Position numbers and translations under genes: made by a program. From positions 17,608,001-17,672,000 of the forward strand of contig CM022667.1 in the NCBI GenBank assembly GCA_012295275.1: a stretch of DNA of 64,000 nt. Direction: 5' to 3'. This stretch comes from Chrysomallon squamiferum. Its lineage: Eukaryota > Animalia > Mollusca. Below the pieces are notes generated by a model. That model was not told where the DNA came from and did not search any database. It was given only the letters and a program-made list of their open reading frames with translations. Positions 11,067-64,000 of this stretch are shown piece after piece (the stretch's first letter is position 1; each line of letters opens with the position of its first letter).

Positions 11067-13224
11067 TTTGATGGAATATATTTCTTCATTTACTTTAAAC
11101 AAGACGTTTCTTTTTTCATTATATTGTTTATTGCTCATGTTTGTGAAGACTACATCCACAAGTACCAATGTGAACCAACAAAGCTAGAGAAAGATCATGT
11201 AACAGCTATAAATAATATTTTGAACTAGATGTTTTGTGACAGTCTTAACACAGAGGGCCTCAGTTTAATTCTAATTTAAATTTTTATGCAGTTAGTAAGT
11301 TGCACTTTCATGATCAACAGGACACAGGATTTCGAATACAAATGTCACAGCTTTAGTCACTATTTAATTTTCAGATCCTATAAGTAGTTTGCAAAAGTTA
11401 TGGAAGAATAAATAATGTTGTGTTACAGCATAATGTAATAACAGTCTAAATTATATAATGCCAGGATTTGTTTATTTTACATGAAATTCAGCAGACAGAA
11501 AGCATCTTTTCTTTTTCAGTATGATAAATCCATCAAGAAAGACCTGGGTGGCTCTACTGTCTACCATAATGGCTCACAGAAATAATGTGAGTGATATTCT
11601 ATATATAGCCTTATATATCAGCTCTAATAAAAACTATGTAGTGATATATCATTTAAAATCTATCAAATATTCAAGGAATATATATATATATTACTGTCAT
11701 TTCAAGATAAAAATACAGGTAGAGTGGAAAATGTTGTGAAGTATTCCCTCTACTAGCAAAGCTGCTTTCATTGTATAACATGAATAAAAAACAAATTGTA
11801 GTCATTGTAAATGTGCAACAGATGTGTCTGTATTTATATGAAAATTACAATGTTTGATTAATAATATTTTAATTCATATTTTTAATTTACATTGAATAAA
11901 ATAATTTTTTAACTTGTTAATTTTAATTATTCTTTCAAGGCAAATTCAGTCATACACACAAAATATAATACCTAACTGCAGATGTAAAATAAAGATTGAT
12001 GTTTTGTACTGGATTTCCTCATCTGTATTGTAATCCTTCACCATATGTGATACCAGATGAGTACATTTTAAAATAAAAACTGAATTTATTAATGTAATGT
12101 TTCTTCTTTCCTCTACAAATGCCACGTGCATTCATTTATCTTTGAACTAAAAAGAATGGCAGGAAAAACAAGAAGTTAAACTGTTTTTGGTATTTTAATA
12201 ATAAATATTAAACAATATGTACATGCGACAAGGTACACCATATATCAACATATTTATAATTTAAAATGAAAACTATAAACATGTACAAGTTTATAAAGTT
12301 TTTTTCAACATTAATCATTACAATTTACTTCCTAGTATGAAATTTACTAAAAAAATAATCAAAATATTACTAAAATAATTATATTTGAGATGATTTTTTT
12401 TGTACAGTATACAATGCAGTCATTTATTATTTTACTTTTTTTACTTTTTATTTTTTTAAATAAGGTAGTTTTAACCTTTTGAGTGCACTTTTATACTGAT
12501 AGTACATTGAATAATAACAGAATTATCAATATGGTAATTGCCTTGTTTAAAGTTTTACTGGTTAAATGGTGATATCCATATTTGAAGGTAAAAAGATTAA
12601 TTAAGAAGACTAGCAAGTTTAAAAATAGGATTGATCACAGAGTACATCTTAATCAGAGGTATTTCAAAATATCGTTGATGTACTGAGGTATCTAATCAGA
12701 TCAATAATAAAAAAAAAAAAAAATAATAATAATAATTAAAAAAAGAAGGAAATATATATATAAAAAATATTTAAAAAATGTAATTTTTCAGTTTACAAGT
12801 AAAGGCACTTTTTATCTCTTTACACTAATGTAATATTTATTTAATTATATATGTACATATTTATTCATACACCTTTAATTAATAACAATTGGATAGAATT
12901 GTTGACTAAATGTATAGCAGCATAATATGCATATTTGAAACTTGGAATCATTTTCATTTTAAGCTTTTGTTTGTTTTAAATTTATTGCTGGCATAACTGG
13001 CATTTGAACAGTCTGCCTGCCAATTTAAGTTTAGAAGTTTTATCTTTCACAATATATGATTGCACATTTTAATTGAAGGTGATATTTCCATTTCTAATTA
13101 ATATAGTGAATAATATTTAGTTATATATCTGAACTGAAGTAGTTGAATTATAAATTGCCTGGACATATGAAATGAAAATATTTCACTAAAGATGTTAGAT
13201 GAGAAATATGCTAATTGGATTATG

Positions 13225-52561
<39,337 letters not shown>

Positions 52562-55500
52562 CTGCAGGAAGAAAGATATATAGTTGTAATAGTAGAAGCA
52601 ATAGTAGTAATAGCTATAACAGTAGCAGATATAGTAGTATGTCATACAGTTGTGGTAACTATAGCTACACAACAGTCTGATGAAGAAGGGCAATATATAA
52701 GTTTGTAGTAATAGAAACAAAACAGTCTTAAGTAGAGGGTAGGACTAAAGTATTAGTGGTGCTGTCAGTATAATAATAACAACAGTTGTGATAATGGTAA
52801 TGCTTATCTTTTCAGAATACCAGTCTAAAAAGAGCAGTAAATGTTTTACTGTAGTGACAGTATTATTGTAGTAATAATAAGTAGAGTAATGATAATCATA
52901 GAAGTTGTAGCAGCATTAATAGTAATAACATCAATAGTGGAAGTTTGTATAAAATGGCCTTGATAAAACAAATTGAAGCACAGTATCAGTTCTTACAAAT
53001 ACTCTTATTCTATTTTGGAAACAATACTTTAAAAAAAAAAATATGAAGAAAACAGTACCAATAATTCATAACAATGACTCTTGCAGTGACAACATTTTAA
53101 AATGAATCTGTAAATATATTGCCTTTTGAGAAACCATAAAGAGTAATAAAATAAACTACAAAATTCGGTTAGTCTGACTATATTTACACTGATTACTGGT
53201 TTAGAGACTAAGAAGTTAAATAATCTATGATTTTATTATTATTTTATATTTTTTATCCTTCCATTAATATTGTGGACCACAACCTCTAATTTTACATAAA
53301 AACCTTTTTAACAGATTTGTTTAGGATAATGTAAAAGATTTACGTTATAGGCACATCAACTGTCAGTATGTTAACTGATATCTAAAAGTATATTGCAAGA
53401 ATATTTCAGATAGTTTTCTTATCACACCATTAAATTAAAACATAAAGTAGACTGACATATGCTTCACATAACTATCAATTATTGGTTCCTAATCAGTATC
53501 CCATAAAACAAAAAACAATTTGGTGTTATGCCTAACTTCACTGCAATAAGTTATTCAACAAGTTTTCTGTAGTATTTCATAGTTAATTATCACAATGTTT
53601 TACTGAAAAACATTGTTATTCAACATATTTTCTGTGACTCTCTTCACATTTAATTCTCTGGATAGTACATGCACAACATTTACCCAAAACAGAAAATAAT
53701 AAATAGGTTTCCTGGGATATTCTTCACAATTATCAACTGAGTATATGCTACAACTTTACACAATATTATTCAGTATATTTACTGTGACATATGTCATAGT
53801 AAATCCTCTAAACACTATAAATACAAACCTACAGCAGAAAATTATTTAACAACAAATACAAATACCTATAAAAGAAAATTATTTAACTTTGCTTTAATAT
53901 GTTTAGAAATTGTCAGGACAGTACATACCACAACATGAAGTTATTGACATGATTACTGGGAAATGCTTTAGTTAATTCTCATTGGTACATTTACAGCTTT
54001 TAGTGTTTTACCCAGAAGAGGAGTTTATTCATTATCTTTATTTAATATTGTTCAGAATTAGTTATAAGGACAGTACACACAATAATATTCAATAGTTATT
54101 TAAAACGTTTCAAACAGTTTCTGTGTTTCTGTGATGTACTTCAATATTATTCTTTAGACAGTACATATGAAATCTTTATCCACAACAGTTCACTGTAATA
54201 CACTTTATAGTTGATTTTCAGGTCAGTACATCACAACCTTTAAGTACAATTAGTTTCAGTTAGACAGAGGTAAAGATATGGGTGGTTTACACATTATCTA
54301 TCAAAACATTACTGGCATCTAATGGATGTTACAGCATTATTAAGAAACAGTGTTGAAATCATGTCTTTCTTTCAGGTTCTAGTGTAATGGAATTATAATG
54401 TTCTTGTCTGAGTTTGGATGTAGTCATTATAGTGTTTACATCCTCAAAAAAAAATCTTCCAGAAAAAAGAAAATGAAACAGCAAGGACACTGATTCACAG
54501 ATAAGTAACATTGTAAAGTACATGAATTAGGAAGCAATATTAAAAAAGAAAAAAAAAAAAAAGAAAACAAATATGAAAATATGTAATAATAAATAATAAT
54601 AATAGTAGTAGTAGTAATAGTAATAGTACTAGTAGTAGCAGTGGTAGTAGTGGTGTTATAGTAACAGTAGTAGAAGTTATATTCAAAAGGTATAGTTAAT
54701 ATTACATTGCACCTTAATGCCAAATCCTTTGTGATATAAATAATGAATATAAAAAGAAACAGAAAATTTACCTAGATTACAATTATGAAACACTTATAAT
54801 GCAGATTTCAGAAGGATTATCTACAATTTCAAAGTCAGTGCTCTGACATGTCTAACCTGGTTTAAAAAATACTTTAAAAATAACCAAAATGTTTTTTTTT
54901 AATTTGTTTTTTTAAATATCAATGATATGTCACATATGTAACCAAGATAACCATTTGAGATATTGTTTGGAATGGGAAATAACCTAATTAGAACATTTAC
55001 AGAAGAGGCATTTAATATGAACAAATTTAAATCTGATGCCAAGTTGTCAAAATTTCAGTTTTAAGTTATGATAAAACCACAAACATTTCCTATTATTTAA
55101 AGACATCTGAAACCATTCAGTATTGTAAGTTTATCTATTTCTGAAATTTTGTAAATATTAGTCTTTGTGGCAATACTTATCATCTGTGATTTGGTTAAGA
55201 ACTGTTTTATTAATAATTCTGAAGTAACCATAAACATATAACCAAACAAACATACACTGTCAGTAATTATAGAGGAATTTTATGCAGCTACTTATTTTGT
55301 GTGATGTCTGGAAGACCAGAAAACTTCCTTGTTGCTGCCAGGAAATGTATTAATTGGCAGATGTTGACAGTGTTGAGTGGGCTTTGTTTCATGTTTATAA
55401 CAACCACAGGAAACTGATGGTGTTTCTGGATTCACTGGCATTCTGCAGTTCTACTTATTTCTTGCCTTCTTCTTTTTTCTTCATTGCCATTTAAAAAGTA

Positions 55501-55563
55501 TAAACACACACACGCACACACACACACAAAACTCATAACATAATTATAAAAACAATATTTTAA

Positions 55564-55981
55564 AGGGAAAATGACAACATTTGAATAAACAAAATTTTTT
55601 AGTTTTTTACATGACCATTTAGAAAATGTATATAATAAATTTACTTTTTCAGATAAATGTTTCAGGTTTTTTGTAAAAGGAAGTGTGTACACACAGATTA
55701 CATAATAATGATGTATAACCTCACCCATAATAAATGGAAATATGGTTTATAAACCTTCATTTGTATTTTTTAATCACCTGTCTTTTTTTGGAAATATATC
55801 AGTTTTGGAAATATGCTGCATGAAAACTAAAATGAACCCCAGCAGTTTGAAATATATCATTCACTTGGGTTGGAGAGGTTCATGACATGGGGTTCTATAA
55901 TATTAAAGAAGCAAAAATAAAAGATTTCCATCAAGTTTCAATTCTGTGCATGGCAAAATTAATATCATACCTTAGTTTGTT
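55564..55981 (+). mobile_element. Internally deleted, diverged copy of the 153-1665 element
   Basis: Starts TTAA|AGGGAAAA. Shares colinear blocks with the first copy: ACATGACCATTTA, AGATAAATGTTTCAG, TGGAAATAT, ATGAACCCCAGCAGTTT, TTGGGTTGGAGAGGT, CAAGTTyCAATTCTGT, TAGTTTGT. Confidence 0.7.
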
Positions 55982-58900
55982 ATTATTATTATTATTACTT
56001 TTGTTTTCTTCTTTTTTTTTACCCCAGTTGAAGCTGGCATTAAAACAACCTAATTAGACAAATAAATACTAATTATCTGAATGGAAATTTTAATGAGATG
56101 TATTTGCAGTTTGCATAATGACACCTATGCGCTGCTGTATGTTAATTAAAACCTGAACGTGGATATTCTTTCACCAGCTATAATAATTAAATGTACAAAC
56201 TGCAGTGATAATTAGTTACCTTGTATAATTGACATACAAATTTAATATATCAAATAGGAAAATGAACAATGATGAATGAAAATGAAATATTAGTTTAATT
56301 AATTTGACATTAGTAATCTTTCTTTATATAAAAATAATGAATACTGAATATTAATAATAATAATAATAATAATAACAGCATTTTAACTCAACATTTGAAC
56401 AGTACAAAATTGTATATAACATGTGATTTTTGTTTCTGATTTATCTTCAGCTGGAATAGGATTAACAATATACTTTCACTTATATCTAATAATCCTTTCA
56501 ATCAGTAATATAAACATACAAGCCTTTTCCTTCCCTTAACAAATACCTATAAAAGAAAATTTGATGAGGAAATACTAAATATCTGTCAGTAGAATGTAAA
56601 CATTTATCCCCTTTATCTGCCTTATATTATAATTCTGACCAGGAAACAACAGAAAAAACAAAGAAAAAAAAAAAAAAACTGAAATCAAATAAATCAAAGA
56701 AATATAAATGTTCATCTCCTTATCCATTCCCTTACTTACATCACAGCATCATGAACAAAAATATTACACTGTATAAATCAGTCTCACTTCTAACAAAACA
56801 ATATATGAAATATGACTGAAATAGTAAATTAAACATACATGTTAAAAACTTTTCGTACCACTCTGAAGGTTAACTGTACGTACAAATACACACTCTCTCT
56901 TTCATATACACCCATCAGATATATTTGTTATTCCTGCAGACATCCCAACAGCCCTGCAGCAAAAACCTGTACACAGCTGCCTCACCTCTTTCACTCCTCT
57001 CCCTCACACCTCTCTCATGTAAACACTCCTACATGCACCTTCCTAGTTGCAGAAAACATACACAAACTCAATAACAAACAATAAACACCATGAAAACAAG
57101 AACAAGACAAACAAACAAACAAAAATAATATCACATTTTTTTTGGACAAATTATCACCACTGTTCAATATCTACATCACAGGTCTTTGAAAAAAATACAA
57201 TAGATTTTGGAGCAAAACAAAAAAGCAACAACAACATAATCCCTACAACACTGATATTGATTTGGAAGAAAATCATAACGAAGTGTCTGTCTGCTATCAG
57301 TTTGTTACAGATACCCCTACTAGCAGGCTCTGTGTTCAGACTGGCTACACAGTCTAGTCTTTGGATGTAGGTGTGCCTAATACTGATTGGCAGTGCTGAG
57401 GTAATACACAATGATTGTCATTCCTAAGTAATGTAGATGTGTTTGGAATCTTCAAATGGAATGGTAGATTTAGTATTGTAGTAAAGTGAAAAACAAAAGA
57501 AAAAAGTAACAGTGAAAAAAAAAATTAAATTCAGGCAAGAAAAGTAATAGAAGATAAAAAAAAAAAAAAAAATTACTGGCAAAAAAAGTAATATAAATGA
57601 AAACAGAACTGGAGAAAAGGTGAAAGTATAACAATTAAAAAAGACAGGACAAAATTTCGGTAACTTTGATGTTCACTGGATCAAGTTATATCTGCTGAAC
57701 AATTAACACCAAAGCTGTGAAAAGTCAGGGTAAGAATGTTTATATTATTTATTTATCAAAAATAGAAACTACATACTGTTATCACATTGATATCTAAGTT
57801 TTTTATTTATCTATTTTTTTATTTTATGATATCATTCTGGTTCTAGTTATAAGACTTATTGTAAGATGGCATTTGTAGATATTGTCTTTTATGTATGTTT
57901 TTTGCATTAACAACTATTACAATTTAAATAATTAGAATTTAAAAATTATATTATCAACAGGTGTTACTAGATTCAGGTATATATGGTGTTTAAACATTTA
58001 TCTACTTTGTGTTGTGGCTAAATCTTACTCTTAGTATGTAACTTGCACAAAATAAAGAAAGCATAAATAACAAATAGTTGTATAAAGTTATAACTAATTT
58101 TCTCTCCACTAAGTGTAACGAATTTTTTATCACATATATCACAGAGATTATCTCTGCCTATTAAAAAATATTTTATTTTATTTTGTTTATTACTAACATT
58201 ATCTTTTTATGTACATATACTGTCAATATTTATGCTTAAAGAAATAAAGAATTTATTGTAGTTTATGTTTTCAATAATGAATCGTTGTGGAATCTAATAA
58301 ACTGTAAGTTTAGAAAAGCATTAAATCTTTATATTTTAAACACATAAAAAGTCATTTATAAAATTCTCAAATATTATTTTTCTAAATATAAATTAAACAA
58401 TTAAAAGAATGAAATACAAATGAATAAACCTCTAAAGCTTCTTTTCTGGCAATTTCAGTTTTCTATTTATCAAACTTCAAAATCATGTATATCTAAGTTC
58501 AAAATATTTTATCTTCAAATTTAATTCAAACTTCAAAATCACCTAAACCTGTTTCAAAAATGTTTACAAAATTTTGATGAAAAAATAAAAACAGAAAAGA
58601 TTTCTGAGTGACACTAACAAAACCATCTGTAATCTTAATGAGAAGTTTATCATATGCAAATGATGGATATCTGCAACAACATTTAATGTCTTAGGTGATC
58701 AGTTACAGGATGAGTGAGATTCTTATTACTGATGTATTAATGTACGTTCACACTGAGAAGAGACATGTCACACACCTTTATATGACATACCAATTACTAA
58801 TACACTCTGAGATAGGTCAGTGTAATGTAATGATTATCTTAATATTCTAAATGCGCTGTTTCTGCTAAGTTATTTTTGTTGATGTTACTACTATTTCTTT

Positions 58901-59614
58901 CACTATCTTACTACTGTTACTTTATCTGTTAGCACAGTTACCAATATTATTTTTGTTACTGCTACTGCTAAAACGTAATATCTTTGCTGATACTGTTGCT
59001 ACAACTGTTTTATCTGCTATTACTAATGCTACCATATTATTTTTGCTATTACTACTGCCTCATTACCTTTGGTATTACTATTTTCACAATAACTTCTACT
59101 ATTATTACTTTTGCTATTTTTATCAAAACAGTGTTATTGTTATTGCTACCACCATTACAGATATTATCTGATACCTACATACATAATTTAATTTAGACTG
59201 TTCTGTTTATGATCTTAATTATTGCAGTTTTCAAACTGAACATAGGACTGATGACAATGATATAAACAATTATAGTGCATACATTATAACACAACTTTAT
59301 AAACTAATCACATTAGGAAATTTTACTAGAATTAAAAAAAAAAAAAGAAGTTAACTGAAAACAAGAATTATATAATCTTCTTTCAGAAATTCTTGAAGGA
59401 AAAAAGTATAAATTAAAAATAGAAAAAAGAAAAAATGAAAAGAAAAAAAAAAGGAAAAAAAAAAACATTTACCAGTCTAACAGAAATGGTTCTAAGTCAG
59501 CAAAGTAATTTTATTTCTTTTATAAAGAATGATAACCTATGGAAGGTAATTTAAAATGTAATTAATTTGATGAAAGAAATAATAAAAATGTATAAAAACA
59601 AATAAACATATAGC

Positions 59615-59665
59615 TGTGTGTGTGTGTGTGTGTGTGTGTATTTGTGTGTGTGTGTGTGTGTGTGT
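59615..59665. repeat. (TG)n microsatellite
   Basis: Seen directly. Confidence 0.93.
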
Positions 59666-59862
59666 TAAAGAAATAAATATGAAAGTGCTTGAACCTTAAC
59701 TTTTATAAGTCTTGTAACTTTCAGGCTTTTGATTTTTTATTTCTTCAGAAAGCATAATTTTTTGATCGTTACATATAGTAAATATTTTTAAAATCTCAGT
59801 TTTGATGTTAATGATTATTATAACTGAAATATATAGTTTGTATATAAAGATGTGAGACTATG

Positions 59863-60368
59863 TAAAACTCTTAAATGGTCAAAAAAAGAAAGAAAAAAAT
59901 AGTAAAAGAAATAATAATAAAAATCCAGGTCTGAACAATGCTTCATAGATGAGTGTAAAATCTGTTGGTATATTTAGGTTTGGAATATAAAACTCTTAAA
60001 TGGTCAAAAAAAAAAGAAAAAAAAAAATAGTAAAAGAAATAATAATAAAAATCCAGGTCTGAACAATGCTTCATAGATGAGTGTAAAATCTGTTGGTATA
60101 TTTAGGTTTGGAATATAAAACTCTTAAATGGTCAAAAAAAGAAAAAAAAAAATAGTAAAAGAAATAATAATAAAAATCCAGGTCTGAACAATGCTTCATA
60201 GATGAGTGTAAAATCTGTTGGTATATTTAGGTTTGGAATATAAAACTCTTAAATGGTCAAAAAAAGAAAGAAAAAAATAGTAAAAGAAATAATAATAAAA
60301 ATCCAGGTCTGAACAATGCTTCATAGATGAGTGTAAAATCTGTTGGTATATTTAGGTTTGGAATATAA
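59863..60368. repeat. Tandem repeat, 4 near-identical copies of ~125 bp
   Basis: TAAAACTCTTAAATGGTC...ATCCAGGTCTGAACAATGCTTCATAGATGAGTG...GGTTTGGAATA starts at 59863, 59988, 60116 and 60241; copies differ only in the A-rich run. Confidence 0.95.
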
Positions 60369-63284
60369 TCATAGTGATAAACTTTTACTGTAAGGTGTCT
60401 TTTATAAAATGCTTTTTCTATATATATCTTTTAGACAAATAACAATGCACTGAGAATACAAAAATGTGTTAAAGTTCCAAAGAAACTATTTATTGTAAAA
60501 ACAGAAGACATAAGTGAAGGAAGTATATGCTATCCAGTGCAAAGTAATAGACAGTACCAAAAGATCTGGAGGGCAGGAACTATAGCTCTTAGAGTTGCCA
60601 CTAGTAATGAGAAATCCACTGATGAAACCATATTGGTGATGCACCTTCCTTCTGTTTAAGTCAGATGGAGCACAATATCTTTGGTAATATTTTTCTACTG
60701 GTATAATGCTATATTATTAAAGAAAAAGTTTTGGTGATTTACGTCTATTGATATATCACTGTCAATTAAATATAAAATACTCCTGATTTACTGATTTATG
60801 GTAGAATACTGTCTACAAAAGAAAACATTTTTGTGATTTACTGATGATAGTAAATACTGAGAATAAAAGTAGAAAAATTGAGTGATTTATGTTTCATCTT
60901 GAATTTTCTTTAGGAATCTTTTATAAATTAATTAGGTAGTTTTGTTCTTTTGGTTTGTTTTGTTTATATGTTTGACTTAAATTCCATCCAGTATCAATAA
61001 CATATGTACTTATAAATTTTCCTGTCCATATAGATTTTGATTCAGAACTAAGTGTAGCTCTAAACTGAAATGCAGATGTCACCTTTAATTGTACAAACAG
61101 TGGCATGAACAAAATGAACATCAGAAATTCTCTGAACATTCCCAGAAAGGATCATGATTCACAGGTATTTGACTGAATGACCAGCAAAGGAAACAAAGTG
61201 TAGAGGTGGCCTCCAAAAAATGAAGATAATTATAAAGTGAATGGTTCTTCAATAAATTATCTCAACATCTACAATTATGTATAAGGAACCAATGTATATT
61301 CCTTTAGATTCTTTCATATTAACCTTACATATTAATAAATGTTTTTATCTCATTTACTTTAGATTATTGTGTATTTTCAAAAAGACTGATTTATCTGAGG
61401 TTTTTACTGAAAATTTGTGATTTTTTAAACTTCCTCTTATTATTAAACATATATATTAAAAATGCATAAGCAATAAACTTTCTAATGGTTTATGTTTTAA
61501 AAATTATTATTAATTTAATAATTACTGAACTTAAATTTATTGACTTTGTTTTTATCTTAATACTTACTTTGAGGATTTCATAACATATAACTGAAATATG
61601 TATAAAGTCTGCTGTTAAAGAAACCATTCATTAGATAAACTGATTTTGATTTAAAGAAAAGAACAATACTGTGTCTCACTGATTTTGTTAGACTTAATTT
61701 TTGTGATATTTAAAAATTATTAATAAAATATAGGATATAAATAAATAAAATACATATATATGGTAAACTGAACAATAAAAAAAAAAAAAAAGAAAGGAAG
61801 AAAGAATAAAAAAAAATGAAAAAGGGTCATCTCAAAACTGATTTGTAGACATAAAGGACATTCGATTTTTTGGAAACACATACTAAAAAAAAAAGTACAA
61901 TTTTGTTCTAAAAACTGAACATTTTTAACTAAAATACTAAGATTCTCTGTCCTAAAAAACAGCAAAAAATTAAATAAAAAGTACTTGTTGCAGATGGTAC
62001 TGAGGAAGTGAATCTGCAGGCTGATGCAGACATTCTAAAGTCTGCATCGCTATTAATTCCTTTTAGGACTAACAAGAAATGTGTTTTACACCAGATACGT
62101 CAATTTGAGACTGTCAGCAGATATAGGATGTCAGCTTGATTGAGCATCTACATGTCACTGCTTCCTGTGAGTAGACAGCCAAAGTAAGTGAAGATCAATT
62201 ATGTAGCTCCATATGCCAAATATAGTAAGCAGACTTTACCTATGTGACTTTACCTAGAGCTTTGAGAAATGGTATTTACATGGCAATTGAATTATTTGCG
62301 AGAAAAAAAACATTAAAGAATGGAAAAAAAACAAAAAAAAAATACCACAAAACCCACAAATAAATGATAATAATATTTTAAAAAGAATTAAAAAATAAAA
62401 ATAATAATAAAAAAAGATCAAAAATTAAAAATTAATATATAAATAATAAAAAAAATATATATATAATATTTTTTATTTTAATTATTATTCTTATTATTAT
62501 TTATTTAATTTCTTTTTTTTATTTTAAATAATAGATATTGTTAATTGTTTGAGTAGGCATCCAAAGCATATAAAATCCAAATGTCTTGCTCTGAATGCTA
62601 AAAGCAGTTTGAAGACTTTAGCCCCATAGTTAGACTATGTTCTTAACTGAAGAAATCTTTAAAATAATTTTCAGATTGAGAGAATTCTTGCATAAATACA
62701 GTCATTAAGTCCACGGAAGTTAAAAAAAAAAAGGTCATTAAGGAAAATATGAGTTTTTAATTCTATAATATTACAATTCTGAGAATATAATACTGCTTTG
62801 TAACACTAATGACCAGATAAGATCCATTGAACAAATTATTTCTGAGCTTCAAATTCTCCAGGTGGGGTAAGAAGCATGCTGTAATCTGCTGTATGTGATG
62901 TACAATGAAAACAGCAAATTATAACACTATTTGTCTTATATGACAAGGCAGGTCAGAGGTGTAATGATTATAGCATTTCCTGATTCTCACAACAAATCAT
63001 TAGCTCTCAGCCAATCAATACACAGTCTTGTTTGATGCCAAAAAAAAGTGATGTGATGTTACATATTTACTAGTTGGAAGGTTTTGTTTATGAAATGATT
63101 AGCTATTTTAAGTTATCATTAGATAAACCCATATTGATGAAAGTTTTAATTGAATTCTGCAGATGATACAATTATTTATATAATGTCTTTTTCCAGATAA
63201 AAGTAATGTGTGACAAGTTGTTTATGTGAATGATGCTCTTCATCAGTTGATAAATAATTTTTAAAACTGTTTTAATTTTATGTA

Positions 63285-63321
<37 letters not shown>

Positions 63322-64000
63322 ATTTATAATTTTTGCATTAAGTTCTTATTTACAGATGACTAATTCTACATTATTTTTGTCTAGCTCACTGATGTAAATA
63401 GTTCATCAAATGCCGTTTGATTTGCTATTTACTGACAGAAATCGGTGAGCATTTCCTAATGTGGTTTCAAAGAAGTTTAGAAGAGAACAAACTGTAACTG
63501 ACTACAGATCAGCAGAATTATATTCAAAATAACCATAGGCTGTTCACCTTTTAAGGAAGCCATAAACAAAAACAAATTGCAACAAATTACAAGCTTTGCT
63601 TCTGCCTTCCTAAAATTATGAACAGCATATGTTACACTGAATATAATGTCAATGATCTGTTGTCACTGGTCAGTTTATCCTAATTCTTTACTCAGATGAC
63701 AGGCAGCTTAGTCACACAGCTACATCTAAAGATTTTTTCTTCATTATTACTTTTACTATTATTTTCTTAATGAGTAAAATAAAGACAATCTAAACTGAAG
63801 GTCTGCATTAGTATTTTTTGACAATTATTAATTCTCAGAGATGATGGAAAAAAACAACCAATATTATATTAATGTTGCTTAAAGTAGAAAGGTGTTTGTA
63901 AACATGTTTAAGACTGATTTAAGAAAGATGACCATAACTGCAGCCATCAAGACTTTGACAACTGAACTCCAAGAATTCACTAAAAGAAGCTTTATAAATA

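Noticed and set aside
12300-13000. LRRCC1 polyadenylation signal
   Set aside because: Several AATAAA candidates (e.g. 12981-12986) in very AT-rich sequence; cannot choose one without transcript data.
60612-60672. Hammerhead-ribozyme-like CTGATGA followed by an ACCA/TGGT stem
   Set aside because: The required GAAA core reads GATG and no stem III can be built. At most a dead Penelope-type remnant.

Overview
Very AT-rich, microsatellite-rich animal genomic DNA. The gene and repeat style suggests a mollusc, possibly a cephalopod, but that is inference only. Two intron-rich genes lie in tandem on the minus strand. (1) The 3' part of an LRRCC1 orthologue: 17 coding exons from 52561 down to the stop at 13225, which splice by hand into 1830 nt / 609 aa of coiled-coil protein; the LRR-encoding 5' exons were not found in the window. 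(2) The 5' end of AP1G1 (AP-1 gamma adaptin): a CpG-rich promoter at ~7.7-9.5 kb, a probable non-coding exon 1, and five coding exons giving aa 1-214, running off the left edge. Introns and the intergenic gap hold several non-autonomous DNA transposons (two copies of a TTAA/Kolobok-like family, a pogo-like element keeping a PHD-finger tail, two Tigger-type MITEs, one nested in a 28-bp-TIR element), tandem repeats of different ages, and long microsatellites. The most interesting signals concern splicing: an in-frame alternative donor with RBFOX/QKI motifs at the position of the vertebrate AP1G1 microexon, and trinucleotide-repeat AG-free zones ahead of LRRCC1 acceptors. I found no convincing novel multi-gene system. 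Most ORFs in the supplied track are simple-repeat artefacts or exons read through into introns.
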